From NCBI GenBank assembly GCA_030748215.1, contig JASMMK010000012.1:159873-183872 (forward strand): a stretch of 24,000 nt of DNA. Direction: 5' to 3'. Below are positions 1 through 8,452 of the stretch, piece by piece. The stretch is from Candidatus Scalindua sp. (lineage in GTDB: Bacteria; Planctomycetota; Brocadiia; Brocadiales; Scalinduaceae). The notes under the pieces were generated by a model that made no database searches, was not told where the DNA came from, and saw only the letters and a list, made by a program, of their open reading frames with translations. The first letter of the stretch is position 1; every line of letters begins with the position of its first letter. The translations under genes and the position numbers were made by a program.

Positions 1-1567
1 TCATAATACCAATTTCTATTTTTTCATCAAAATCTATTCCCTTTTGGTTAAGCTCTTCCATTACCTCCTTTACAATGTCCTTAGCCTTCCGCAGTTCTTG
101 TAAAGAAGAGATTAATGGAAACATGATTTTTGCTTTACCTAATGCAGAGGCTCTTAAGATAGCCCTAAGCTGTGATTTAAAAATGTTTGGGTGTTCCAGG
201 CAGTAGCGAATAGATCTGCAGCCAAGAAAAGGATTAAGTTCGGTGTTGCTGTTTGCCGGAAAGAACTTATCTCCGCCTAAATCAACGGTTCTGATAATTA
301 ACGGTTTGTCTCCCAGCTCTTGCACTGCTTGTGAATAGGCTTTAAAATGTTCCTCTTCTGTTGGTGATTCGTTGCTGCCGAGGAACAGGAATTCTGTTCT
401 ATACAAGCCTATGCCGGTGGCACCCTGATTTAAATTTGGGCCAATATCACGAGGGAATTCGATATTACCTAATATCATGATTTCTCTGCCATCTAAAGTT
501 ACGGCAGGTAAATCTTTAAGTTCAGAGGTGAGTTTTTCTTCGAAGAGATGGAAATCTTTCTCTATTAATTGATATTCTTTTATGGTTTCTTCGTCCGGCC
601 TGACAATTACATTTCCTCGGTTGCCGTCTATAATAACGCGGTCTCCACCAAAAATGTCAACTGTCGCGGTTTCCAGGCCAACTACAGCAGGTATTCCCAA
701 AGCCCTGGCAACTATTGCAGCATGTGAATTCCTGCTGCCGAGGTCTGTTACAAAACCACGTACTTTTGTGGTGTCTAAAGATGCTATTTGAGAAGGGCTG
801 AGATCATGTGCCACAACAACAACTTCTTTTGTAAGGTTCTTGAGCTCTTCCCTTTTCTCTCCCAATAAATTCCTCAAAAGCCTTTTTTCTATATCATATA
901 TATCCCCAACTCTTGCAGCGAGATAAGGGTCGTCAACACTTTCAAACTTTTTTATATATACACGTAAGACTAATGTAACTGCATATTCAGCGCTAAGCTT
1001 GTGTTGTTCTACTTTTTTGCTGAACTCAGACAGTAATAGCTTGTCCTGAAGCATTAATTTGTGGGTTGCAAAGATAGAACCAATTTCTGATCCTAAATTT
1101 GTTGAAACACGATCTTCCAGTTTTTCAATCTCTTTCCATGCTACTTTAGTTGCTTCTTCCAGTCTGGAAATTTCGTTAGGAATTTCATCTTCTTTGATAA
1201 GGTGGCGTGGAATTCGAAAGCCTTCGCTTTCTAAAACAAATGCATCTTTTATTACTACACCAGGAGAAACAGCAATGCCTTTTCTCGTTTCCATGCTGTT
1301 CTCGTTAAATCCGTCATTTACAAGGCCTTCCAATGCGTCTAAGGCAACTTCCTTGTCGTCTCCATCTGCAGTTATTAATAATTCGGTTCCTCTCTTTGCG
1401 CCCAGTGTAAGGAGGTCAATAATGCTTTTTCCATTTACTTCTTCTTTATTTTCTGTTTTAACAAAAATCTCTGAATTGAACTTATTAGCTACTTCTGCAA
1501 AACGCGTCGCAGGCCTTGCGTGTAGTCCATTTGTATTTATTATCTTTGTCCTGCGTTTTATAAGCAT
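1..1567 (-). CDS. ptsI: HPr domain fused to PTS Enzyme I (phosphoenolpyruvate-protein phosphotransferase); C-terminus cut by the window edge
   Basis: Manual minus-strand translation from ATG (complement of 1565-1567) is open to position 2. It reads MLIKRRTKIINTNGLHARPATRF...NGKSIIDLLTLG (HPr His and Ser sites), then GIAVSPGVV..., GSRNSHAAIVARALGIPAVVG (EI active-site His) and GIGLYRTEFLF. It is absent from the ORF track because it has no stop inside the window. Plus-strand ORFs 582-791 and 1059-1583 are its antisense shadows. Confidence 0.85.
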   Translation of the reverse strand, partial: MLIKRRTKIINTNGLHARPATRFAEVANKFNSEIFVKTENKEEVNGKSIIDLLTLGAKRGTELLITADGDDKEVALDALEGLVNDGFNENSMETRKGIAVSPGVVIKDAFVLESEGFRIPRHLIKEDEIPNEISRLEEATKVAWKEIEKLEDRVSTNLGSEIGSIFATHKLMLQDKLLLSEFSKKVEQHKLSAEYAVTLVLRVYIKKFESVDDPYLAARVGDIYDIEKRLLRNLLGEKREELKNLTKEVVVVAHDLSPSQIASLDTTKVRGFVTDLGSRNSHAAIVARALGIPAVVGLETATVDIFGGDRVIIDGNRGNVIVRPDEETIKEYQLIEKDFHLFEEKLTSELKDLPAVTLDGREIMILGNIEFPRDIGPNLNQGATGIGLYRTEFLFLGSNESPTEEEHFKAYSQAVQELGDKPLIIRTVDLGGDKFFPANSNTELNPFLGCRSIRYCLEHPNIFKSQLRAILRASALGKAKIMFPLISSLQELRKAKDIVKEVMEELNQKGIDFDEKIEIGIM

Positions 1568-1596
1568 TGGTTGGTTTGGTTAATAGTTGAATTATG

Positions 1597-2070
1597 TTAT
1601 TCAGACTTTGCCTCATCGACTTCCTTTAATATGTCAACCATTTCTGGTTTATCAGATGCATTTCTTACGAAATTGCGAAAATCAGCATTTCTAATCACAG
1701 ATGAGATTTTTTCCAAGGCGGCGAGATGTACATCAGCAGAATCATGTGGTGATAGTAACAGAAAAAACAGGTAAACAGGTTCACCGTCAAGCGCATCAAA
1801 TTCTACTCCTTTTAACGAACGTGCAAATGCTCCCGTTATTTTTGTAATGCTTTTGTGTTTTGTATGAGGCACTGCGACTCCTTTGCCTATTCCAGTGCTT
1901 CCTACTTTCTCTCTCTTTATGAGCGCGCCCATTATGTCGTCTAACTCACTCTCGTCAATCTTGTTCAGATCTTTCAGCGCGTCAACCATTTCCCGTATGA
2001 CAGATTCTTTATCAGTGGATTGCAAATCGTCTATTACGGCTTCTTCCTCAATAAAATCGATTATTTTCAT
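1597..2070 (-). CDS. ptsN: PTS EIIA-type-2 / nitrogen regulatory protein PtsN (EIIA-Ntr)
   Basis: 157 aa. GIGKGVAVPHTKH matches the EIIA(Ntr/Fru) phospho-histidine loop. It sits directly downstream of hpf, as in the classical hpf-ptsN arrangement. Confidence 0.8.
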   Translation of the reverse strand: MKIIDFIEEEAVIDDLQSTDKESVIREMVDALKDLNKIDESELDDIMGALIKREKVGSTGIGKGVAVPHTKHKSITKITGAFARSLKGVEFDALDGEPVYLFFLLLSPHDSADVHLAALEKISSVIRNADFRNFVRNASDKPEMVDILKEVDEAKSE

Positions 2071-2176
2071 TAGTTTTCTGTGTAAAAAAATAATTTAAAA
2101 AATAAAACCTGGATTCAATATAAAGCACTAAAGGAATGTAATTACTTCAACGTCACATATCAGTTGATATAACTAC

Positions 2177-2518
2177 TTACTGCAACTCCTCATCTTTCTC
2201 AACTACAGTTTCTTCCTTTATGCTTCTTCTAGGTTGTTGTTTCTGCTTCTCTTTTTGCTTGATAATTTGTTTGTCCAGCTTGTCCATTACAAGATCAATA
2301 GCGGCATACATATCAGCATTTGACGTCTCTGCGACAAGTGTTGCCCTTGCAGCGGAACATATTGCTTCTACTATGTTATTTACACCTTCTATTTTCAGGG
2401 TAAATTGTATCTTGGTTATTTTGGTTGAATATTTAGTAAGTTTTGAAGCTTTCTTATTTATATAGCCCTTTATTGCTTCCGTAGCGTCCAGATGCCTTGA
2501 GTGAATGATTATCTCCAA
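2177..2518 (-). CDS. hpf: Ribosome hibernation promoting factor / sigma-54 modulation protein family (short form)
   Basis: 113 aa. The N-terminus MEIIIHSRHLDATEAIKGYINKKASKLTKY... is typical of the HPF/RaiA/YfiA family. The tail is basic/acidic. Confidence 0.85.
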   Translation of the reverse strand: MEIIIHSRHLDATEAIKGYINKKASKLTKYSTKITKIQFTLKIEGVNNIVEAICSAARATLVAETSNADMYAAIDLVMDKLDKQIIKQKEKQKQQPRRSIKEETVVEKDEELQ

Positions 2519-2593
2519 ATCTTGTTTCCTTTCTTACTAACTAAATATTGTCTGATAATTTCTTGCTCAGATTAAGCAAAAAGCCAAAGATTA

Positions 2594-2622
2594 ATGATAC
2601 TTTCTTTATTTAATGTAGTCAA
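2594..2622 (-). promoter_or_regulatory. Candidate sigma-70 promoter for hpf-ptsN-ptsI
   Basis: Read on the minus strand: TTGACT (2622-2617), a 17-nt spacer, then TATCAT (2599-2594), about 75 nt upstream of the hpf ATG. Confidence 0.35.
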
Positions 2623-2712
2623 GCGATTAATAGTATTTTGTTAAGGCAAATGTTAATAGTATCTTATGTGGAGAGTTCAAGAGAGATTGTATGGAGGTAT
2701 AATCGTATGTCG

Positions 2713-3482
2713 TTACATTTTCGATCTTGCAAGTGCTATGAGGAATACTCTGTTTGTCCCTGCATTTTTCAGGCTTTTTGCGCATTCTGAGGCCGTCATT
2801 CCCGTCGTTAAAACATCGTCTACCAGGAGAACATTCTTTTGATAAAACATCTCTGGATTTTAACCTTAAAGGCGCCTTTAACGTTTTCCTGTCGTTGTGT
2901 ACGTGAAAGCTGAGTTTGTGACAATGTGTTTCTGGCTCGAAACAGGTTGTTTGTAGAAACTGGTATAGACAATCCTTTGGAGATTCTTTTGGCCATCAAC
3001 TCAGACTGGTTGAACCCCCTTTCCTGCTTCTTCTTCCAATGGAGGGGAACTGGTACAACAAAGTCTATTTCCCCAATAGTTTTTTGATGTAAGAGGTTTG
3101 CCAGTAGGGACCCTAATGGTGTTGTCAGGCATATATGTTTATTGTATTTGAACTGACGAATCAGGGTCCTGACAGGTTCTATGTTGTCAGATACAAAAAA
3201 ACTATTTTCAAATCTTAAACTATTGTTTTTACACTCATGGCATCCTTTGCTGGAAGAAGTTATGCCAGGTCCTAATGTTAGCCCACACTTGATGCAGCGT
3301 CTTGCTTCGGTTGCTTCTATTATTTTCAGGCAGCTTTCACATACATAGGTATTTTTTTCTTCATGAAGACTCTTGTCACAGGCAAAACAGTGACGTGGGT
3401 ACAAGACATCTAAAAACCCGGAGAATATGTTGCGTATAGCTGATACCGAAAATACTTTATTTTCTTGATGCAAATCTGGCAT
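2713..3482 (-). pseudogene. comF: ComF-family amidophosphoribosyltransferase-like protein, reading frame broken by a 1-nt frameshift (or assembly error)
   Basis: ORF 2820-3482 carries the N-terminal Cys4 zinc-finger region and RGFNQSELMA...NVKGAFKVK, then ends in ...IQRCFIKRMFSW*. Shifting one base at the AAAA run (TTTT on plus, 2858-2861) gives (N)PEMFYQKNVLLVDDVLTTGMTASECAKSLKNAGTNRVFLIALARSKM*, with its stop at 2713-2715. That is the canonical PRTase motif expected at the ComF C-terminus. Confidence 0.7.
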
Positions 3483-3585
3483 GGTTTGTATAATACTCCA
3501 AGTTTTAATTTTTCAAACAAAATTTTGCTACAAACCTAAACCGATTTATAAAAGCGGCCCACGAAAATCACGAAAGTAAACGCAA

Positions 3586-4464
3586 ATGTGGATTATTAAT
3601 AATTATTCAAAAAGAAGTCTTGTTCTTGTAGTTGTTTTTTCTCTGTTTCTCGGCTGTTCACGCAGGGACGAAAATCACTACAACAGGTTGGGGGTTAACT
3701 ACCTCAATAATGGACAGCATAATTATGCAATTGATGCTTTCAAAAATGCAGTTAAACTTAATCCCTCCAGCGCTGAGGCTCATTTTAATCTGGGTCGGGC
3801 ATTTAAAAGGAAGGGTGCGGATGAACTGGCCAAATCTGAATTCTCTATTTCCCATAGGCTCAATCCAGGTAAGTATAATGAATGCGTGAAAAAATATAAG
3901 GAAAAAATAGACTACGAGGTTGTTGAGACAAAAAATTATAGTGAATTGGGTAGTGCTTACGCTGAGAAGGGGATGATCGACGATGCAATCAACGCCTACA
4001 AAAAGTCAATTGAGATAGAACCGGATAACGCACGCGTGCATTACAGCCTCGGAACATTGTATTCAATGAAAGGGAAGTATAGTGATGCCGCGGATGAATT
4101 CTGGATGGCAGTAGAAATTAACCCAAAAATGTCAGAGGCCCACTATAACCTTGGCTTGTCTTATTTCAGGCAGGGGATGTTTGATAAGGCCATAGCAGAA
4201 TATCAGGCAACGCTAAAGCTTCTGCCTGAGAGGCAGAAGAAGAAAAGGGCTGGCGTCCATTACAAACTTGGAATGGCTTATGAAGGTAACAAGGTGTTTG
4301 ATGATGCAATGCACGAATTAGAAAAAGCAATTGAATTGATGCCTAAAGATGCCAGGGTACATCACCAGCTCAGTGTAGTCTACAAAAAAGCCGGTTTGTA
4401 TAAAAAGGCGAAGAAGGAAGCAAAAATATATGAGAAATTGAGGAAAGGCAAGACGCACCATTAA
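3586..4464 (+). CDS. TPR-repeat lipoprotein
   Basis: 292 aa. The signal peptide has a lipobox (VVVFSLFLGC). Repeated TPR signatures follow (AIDAFKNAVKLNPSSAEAHFNLG, AINAYKKSIEIEPDNARVHYSLG, and others). Confidence 0.8.
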   Translation: MWIINNYSKRSLVLVVVFSLFLGCSRRDENHYNRLGVNYLNNGQHNYAIDAFKNAVKLNPSSAEAHFNLGRAFKRKGADELAKSEFSISHRLNPGKYNECVKKYKEKIDYEVVETKNYSELGSAYAEKGMIDDAINAYKKSIEIEPDNARVHYSLGTLYSMKGKYSDAADEFWMAVEINPKMSEAHYNLGLSYFRQGMFDKAIAEYQATLKLLPERQKKKRAGVHYKLGMAYEGNKVFDDAMHELEKAIELMPKDARVHHQLSVVYKKAGLYKKAKKEAKIYEKLRKGKTHH

Positions 4465-4503
4465 TAATTAAATTAATATACTCAAACCAAAGTTAGATTA
4501 ACA

Positions 4504-6639
4504 TCATTCCTGCATTATCACAAAATCCACTTCTCGTTTTAGCAGATCAATTTTTGTGATCTTTACGTTGACAACATCTCCAAAGCTATAAACCTTGCCT
4601 CTCCTCGATCCGATCAGGCGGAGCTTTTTCTTGTCGAGTTCATAGAAATCATCGGTTAGTGTGCGGATGTGGACAAGGCCGTCCAGCTGAAATTCGTCAA
4701 TTTGTACAAAGAGCCCGTACTCCTGGATGCCGGTAATAATACTCTCCATTACTTTGTCGGCATGTTCTTTCATGTGTCTGAGTAGCTTGAGTTTTATTAT
4801 TTCACGTTCAGCCTCTTGTGCTCTTTTTTCTGTAGCGCAACAATGTTTTGCCCACCCGGTAATTTTCTCGTTCCAGGAGGCTTTAGCATTTTTAGTTTTT
4901 AGTTGGCCTTGAAAGAACAGATCTAAAAGTCTGTGTATGATCAGATCAGGATAACGACGTATGGGGGAGGTAAAGTGTGCGTAATGTTCTAGTCCGAGTG
5001 CAAAATGAGATGAGTCGGTAGTAGAGTACTCGGCCTTCCTCATTGATCGAAGCAGCATCAGGTTGATTATGTAGCTTTCAGGGTGATCAGATATTTCATC
5101 CAGAAAAGCCTGTAGCCTTTTTTTGTTAAAGGGGTCTATCTTCTTGTTCTTGCAATTGAAAATAAATTCAGCAAAATCATGCATCTCGTCTTCATCCGGT
5201 TCAGGGTGGCTTCGGCTTACTGAAGGGAGGTTGTTCTGGTGCATGAACGTTGCTGCAGCCTGATTTGCCGCAATCATAAACTCTTCGATAATGATGTGTG
5301 AAATATCTCTTGTGGTTTTCTCTATTGTGTCGATCTTGCCGTCTTTGCCGACCCTTATATTAATCTCAGGCAGGTTCAGTTCAAGCGCACCTTCTGCCAT
5401 GCGTCTTTTGTATAGTAACTTTGCAAGTTTGCTTGCCTCAAACAGGAGGTTTGTTACTGGGTCTGTGTTGTCCTCATCGCTTTCCATTAATATTTTAGTC
5501 GCAATATTGTAAGTTAATCTTTTTGTAACATTTATTACTGAATGCTTGATTTCAGAACCTACTAGCGTGCCATCATCTGAATAGGCAAAAAATATACTTT
5601 TGGTCAGTCGATCCTCTTTCTCTTTCAGACTGCAAATACCATTTGATAATATTTCAGGAAGCATAGGTATGACAGTGCCGGGAAGGTATACGCTGGTGCC
5701 TCTTTTTCTCGCTTCTTTATCTATAGAAGAGTTTTCATTTATATAATAAGAGACATCTGCGATGTGAACGCCAAGGAGCCAGTCTCCTTTTTTGTCTTTC
5801 TTCAGAGAGATTGCGTCATCAAAGTCCTTTGCGTCATCAGGATCAATTGTTATGATTAATTCGTTGCGAAGGTCCAGCCTTGCGTCAACTTCGGCTGTGC
5901 TGATAGGCTGTTGCAGATCCTGCGTTTCTGCAATGGTGCTTTCGTTGAATTCAAACGGTAGTTTGAACTGATGTATGATGGACTTGATATCAACGGCAGG
6001 CTCACCATCTTTTCCCAAAATATCGACTATTGTACCTTCCGAGTGGAGGTGTCTGGTTGGCCATTGGTCAATCTTGACGATAACTTTATCGCCATGCTCT
6101 GCGCCTTTTGGGTCATCCATTGAGACATAAATGACTCTGGGCAATTTTGAGTTATCAGGCGCTACATAGTTGAAATGCCTGCTTTTTTTGAGTGTTCCAA
6201 CGATTGTTTCGTTTTCACGGTGTAGAACACGTATTATCTTTCCGGTATTACTTTCCTTCTTCCTTTGTCTTCTTCCTTTTTTCCTCTTTTTATCTGAAGG
6301 TAACCTGACAACAACTATGTCGCCGTGCATGGCGCTTCCCAGGCCTTCTGAATCGACATAAATATCGTCGGGAATGCCTTCCTTTGTAGGAACAACGAAT
6401 CCAAAACCTTTCTGATTGGCGTCGAGTACGCCTATTAAAAGATTGGCTTTTTTCGGGTTTGCATACTGTTCCTTTTTAATCCGTACAATTTCTCCCTTTA
6501 GTTCAAGTTCTTTTAAGAGGGTGCAAAACTGTTGAGATTCTGCATCATCAATTTCGAAGTGTTCAGCAAGGTCTGATGAGCTCATAGGGCTATATTTTCT
6601 GCTGCATATGAACTGTACAATTTTTGTTGCATTAACCAT
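4504..6639 (-). CDS. rnr: Ribonuclease R (RNB-family 3'-5' exoribonuclease)
   Basis: 711 aa. Features are an N-terminal HTH/cold-shock region (GFGFVVP), an RNB motif (ITIDPDDAKDFDDAIS), a C-terminal S1 domain (GIQEYGLFVQIDEFQLDGLVHIRTL), and a basic KKRKKGRRQRKK insert. Confidence 0.9.
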   Translation of the reverse strand: MVNATKIVQFICSRKYSPMSSSDLAEHFEIDDAESQQFCTLLKELELKGEIVRIKKEQYANPKKANLLIGVLDANQKGFGFVVPTKEGIPDDIYVDSEGLGSAMHGDIVVVRLPSDKKRKKGRRQRKKESNTGKIIRVLHRENETIVGTLKKSRHFNYVAPDNSKLPRVIYVSMDDPKGAEHGDKVIVKIDQWPTRHLHSEGTIVDILGKDGEPAVDIKSIIHQFKLPFEFNESTIAETQDLQQPISTAEVDARLDLRNELIITIDPDDAKDFDDAISLKKDKKGDWLLGVHIADVSYYINENSSIDKEARKRGTSVYLPGTVIPMLPEILSNGICSLKEKEDRLTKSIFFAYSDDGTLVGSEIKHSVINVTKRLTYNIATKILMESDEDNTDPVTNLLFEASKLAKLLYKRRMAEGALELNLPEINIRVGKDGKIDTIEKTTRDISHIIIEEFMIAANQAAATFMHQNNLPSVSRSHPEPDEDEMHDFAEFIFNCKNKKIDPFNKKRLQAFLDEISDHPESYIINLMLLRSMRKAEYSTTDSSHFALGLEHYAHFTSPIRRYPDLIIHRLLDLFFQGQLKTKNAKASWNEKITGWAKHCCATEKRAQEAEREIIKLKLLRHMKEHADKVMESIITGIQEYGLFVQIDEFQLDGLVHIRTLTDDFYELDKKKLRLIGSRRGKVYSFGDVVNVKITKIDLLKREVDFVIMQE

Positions 6640-6707
6640 TCTTTAACTAATCCTTGATAAATAAAGATTTAGGAATATAATTCTTAAGTTATTAATAATT
6701 GATGAAG

Positions 6708-6753
6708 ACCACCCCTTAATCCCCTCCTTTTCAAGGAGGGGAAATGGGGTGGT
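6708..6753. other. GC-rich bipartite stem-loop in the divergent rnr / ylbF-like intergenic region
   Basis: ACCACCCC(6708-6715) pairs with GGGGTGGT(6746-6753), and CCCCTCC(6721-6727) pairs with GGAGGGG(6735-6741). There is a 7-nt apical loop and a small internal loop. It stands out in an otherwise AT-rich spacer. Confidence 0.5.
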
Positions 6754-6835
6754 TAATTAATTACATATTTTTCTCTACTTATTGGGAATGTACTATAATT
6801 TTTAAGAAAAAACAATTTTTTAGAAAAGGGAATAT

Positions 6836-7186
6836 ATGGAAGAAATATTAGAGATAGCGTCAAAATTAGGTGCTGCCATAGCAAACCATAATAGATATAA
6901 AATGTTCAAAGAGGCTGAAAAACAGTTTAAAAAAGATGATGAGGCAATAGAAATTTCAGAGGAGTTGGAAAAACAGAGTAGAAAAATCCATGGGCTGGAA
7001 AAGGACTTAAAACCCGTTGAAGTTGAGGATAAAAAGAGACTCCAGCAATTAAAGGAGAAAGTTGCATCTAATCAATCCATACAGAAATTCTTAAAAGTTC
7101 AAACAGATTACGTTGAATTAATGACAAAGGTTAATAAGCGAATAGAAGCCGAATTTATAACTGAAAACAGCCAGGATCCTGGTTAA
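6836..7186 (+). CDS. YlbF/YheA/YmcA-family (UPF0342-like) helical protein
   Basis: 116 aa, all-helical. The residue pattern A..L..AI....Y..FKEAE......DEA....EEL...Q.......P.E....L..L.E.....N..I..F...Q.....L...VN..I resembles B. subtilis YheA/YlbF-type proteins. Assignment is from memory of the family, not a search. Confidence 0.55.
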   Translation: MEEILEIASKLGAAIANHNRYKMFKEAEKQFKKDDEAIEISEELEKQSRKIHGLEKDLKPVEVEDKKRLQQLKEKVASNQSIQKFLKVQTDYVELMTKVNKRIEAEFITENSQDPG

Positions 7187-8142
7187 ACATACTCATGAGA
7201 TTTTTTGAATAATTTCCTCTCTAACATTCTGCTGTAATTTGTCCAGTTATCACTGGAATCCTTATCGGTTGAGATCGCTTTGTCAAAGGCATGTATTTTT
7301 GCATCTATATTATCCAGATAATGAAGTGCCAGGGCCTCTAATGTCATCGGGAGTTTTGGCGATCCCCATTCATACTCTCCGTGGTGACTCAAAATCAAGT
7401 GTCTTAACAGATCTAACAACGTCTTGGGAAAGTCGTCTATTTGTTTGGCTTTCTCTTCAACCATGAGTACGCCAGATATCAGGTGCCCAATAAGCTGACC
7501 TTCGTCTGAATAATGAAAGCTCTTTTCGTAGCAAAGTTCACTGATCTTGCCTATGTCATGAAGTATTATCCCGCAGATTAACAGATCCCTGTTTAAATTG
7601 GGATATAGTGGCGCAATATTACTTCCCAGCTTTGCTACTGACAGGGTGTGCTCTAATAAGCCGCCCAGGAAAGCGTGGTGGTATTGTACTGCAGCCGGTG
7701 CCGAGCAGAAACCTCTGCAAAAATCCTTGTCGTTGAAGAAAAGATTAAGAAGGCTTTTAAGATGGGGTTGTTTGATTGAGCTGGCTATCTGTTTCAACTC
7801 AGCAAACATCTTATCTACATCCTGTTCTGTACCTGGCAGGTAATCCTCAAGTTTTATCTCTTCCTGGCTGGTCTTTGAGATTTGCTTGATTATTAACTGT
7901 ATTTTATTCTGGTAAATCTCAGTTCTGCCCTTGATCTTTAGAAATGTATCATCGCCGAGCGATTCAAAGAATGAAGTACTTGCGTCCCACATCCTTGCAT
8001 CAATCATTCCCGTGCGATCGGATAACTGTGCCTGGATATATAAGCTTCCGTTCTTTGTGGTTCTTAAATCTTTGTTCTGAACTAAAAAGATTTCGTCAAT
8101 TGTGGTTCCGCCATTAAGCTGTGATATAAACTTTCTTGGCAT
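7183..8142 (-). CDS. yhaM: YhaM-like 3'-5' exoribonuclease (N-terminal OB fold + HD phosphohydrolase domain)
   Basis: 319 aa. The OB-like N-terminus is TKNGSLYIQAQLSDRTGMIDARMWDA. HD-domain motifs are GGLLEHTLSVA and IILHDIGK...LSHHGEYEWGSP. Confidence 0.75.
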   Translation of the reverse strand: MPRKFISQLNGGTTIDEIFLVQNKDLRTTKNGSLYIQAQLSDRTGMIDARMWDASTSFFESLGDDTFLKIKGRTEIYQNKIQLIIKQISKTSQEEIKLEDYLPGTEQDVDKMFAELKQIASSIKQPHLKSLLNLFFNDKDFCRGFCSAPAAVQYHHAFLGGLLEHTLSVAKLGSNIAPLYPNLNRDLLICGIILHDIGKISELCYEKSFHYSDEGQLIGHLISGVLMVEEKAKQIDDFPKTLLDLLRHLILSHHGEYEWGSPKLPMTLEALALHYLDNIDAKIHAFDKAISTDKDSSDNWTNYSRMLERKLFKKSHEYV

Positions 8143-8321
8143 TTTGCACCTCCGGCATATTCATTTATATGAGGGTAACATTGTAAAGCTTACCTGAAAG
8201 ATTTGTTATGAAGAAAATGGTGGATAAATTTTAAGTGCCATCCTCTTTTTGTGATTTTACGAGTCTTTTATTTAAAGTCAAGACAATATGCAGTTTGGCT
8301 CATGAATGAAATAGTGCAATG

Positions 8322-8350
8322 TTGACATTCATTGTAATGGGGTTTATAAA
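8322..8350 (+). promoter_or_regulatory. Candidate sigma-70 promoter for the DUF123 gene
   Basis: TTGACA (8322-8327), an exact 17-nt spacer, then TATAAA (8345-8350). Confidence 0.4.
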
Positions 8351-8452
8351 TTAACGTTAGCAAGGATGCATTTTGCTGTTTTTAGAAGGTTTTATGAGAG
8401 AAACAGGGGAAGTCTGCATAATGGGTATTTATGTGTGGAGATAAAAGGTTCT

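Noticed and set aside
2519-2712. Sigma-54 (-24/-12) promoter upstream of hpf, considered because hpf is the 'sigma-54 modulation protein' and TTGGCTTTTTGCTT occurs on the minus strand.
   Set aside because: The GG and GC dinucleotides are 8 nt apart, whereas the TGGCAC-N5-TTGC spacing requires 12. A reasonable sigma-70-type TTGACT-17-TATCAT is present instead.
3483-3536. 8-bp inverted repeat GGTTTGTA ... TACAAACC with a 38-nt AT-rich spacer in the comF/TPR intergenic region.
   Set aside because: The arms are short and the loop is long in AT-rich DNA, so it is easily explained by chance. There is no supporting signal.
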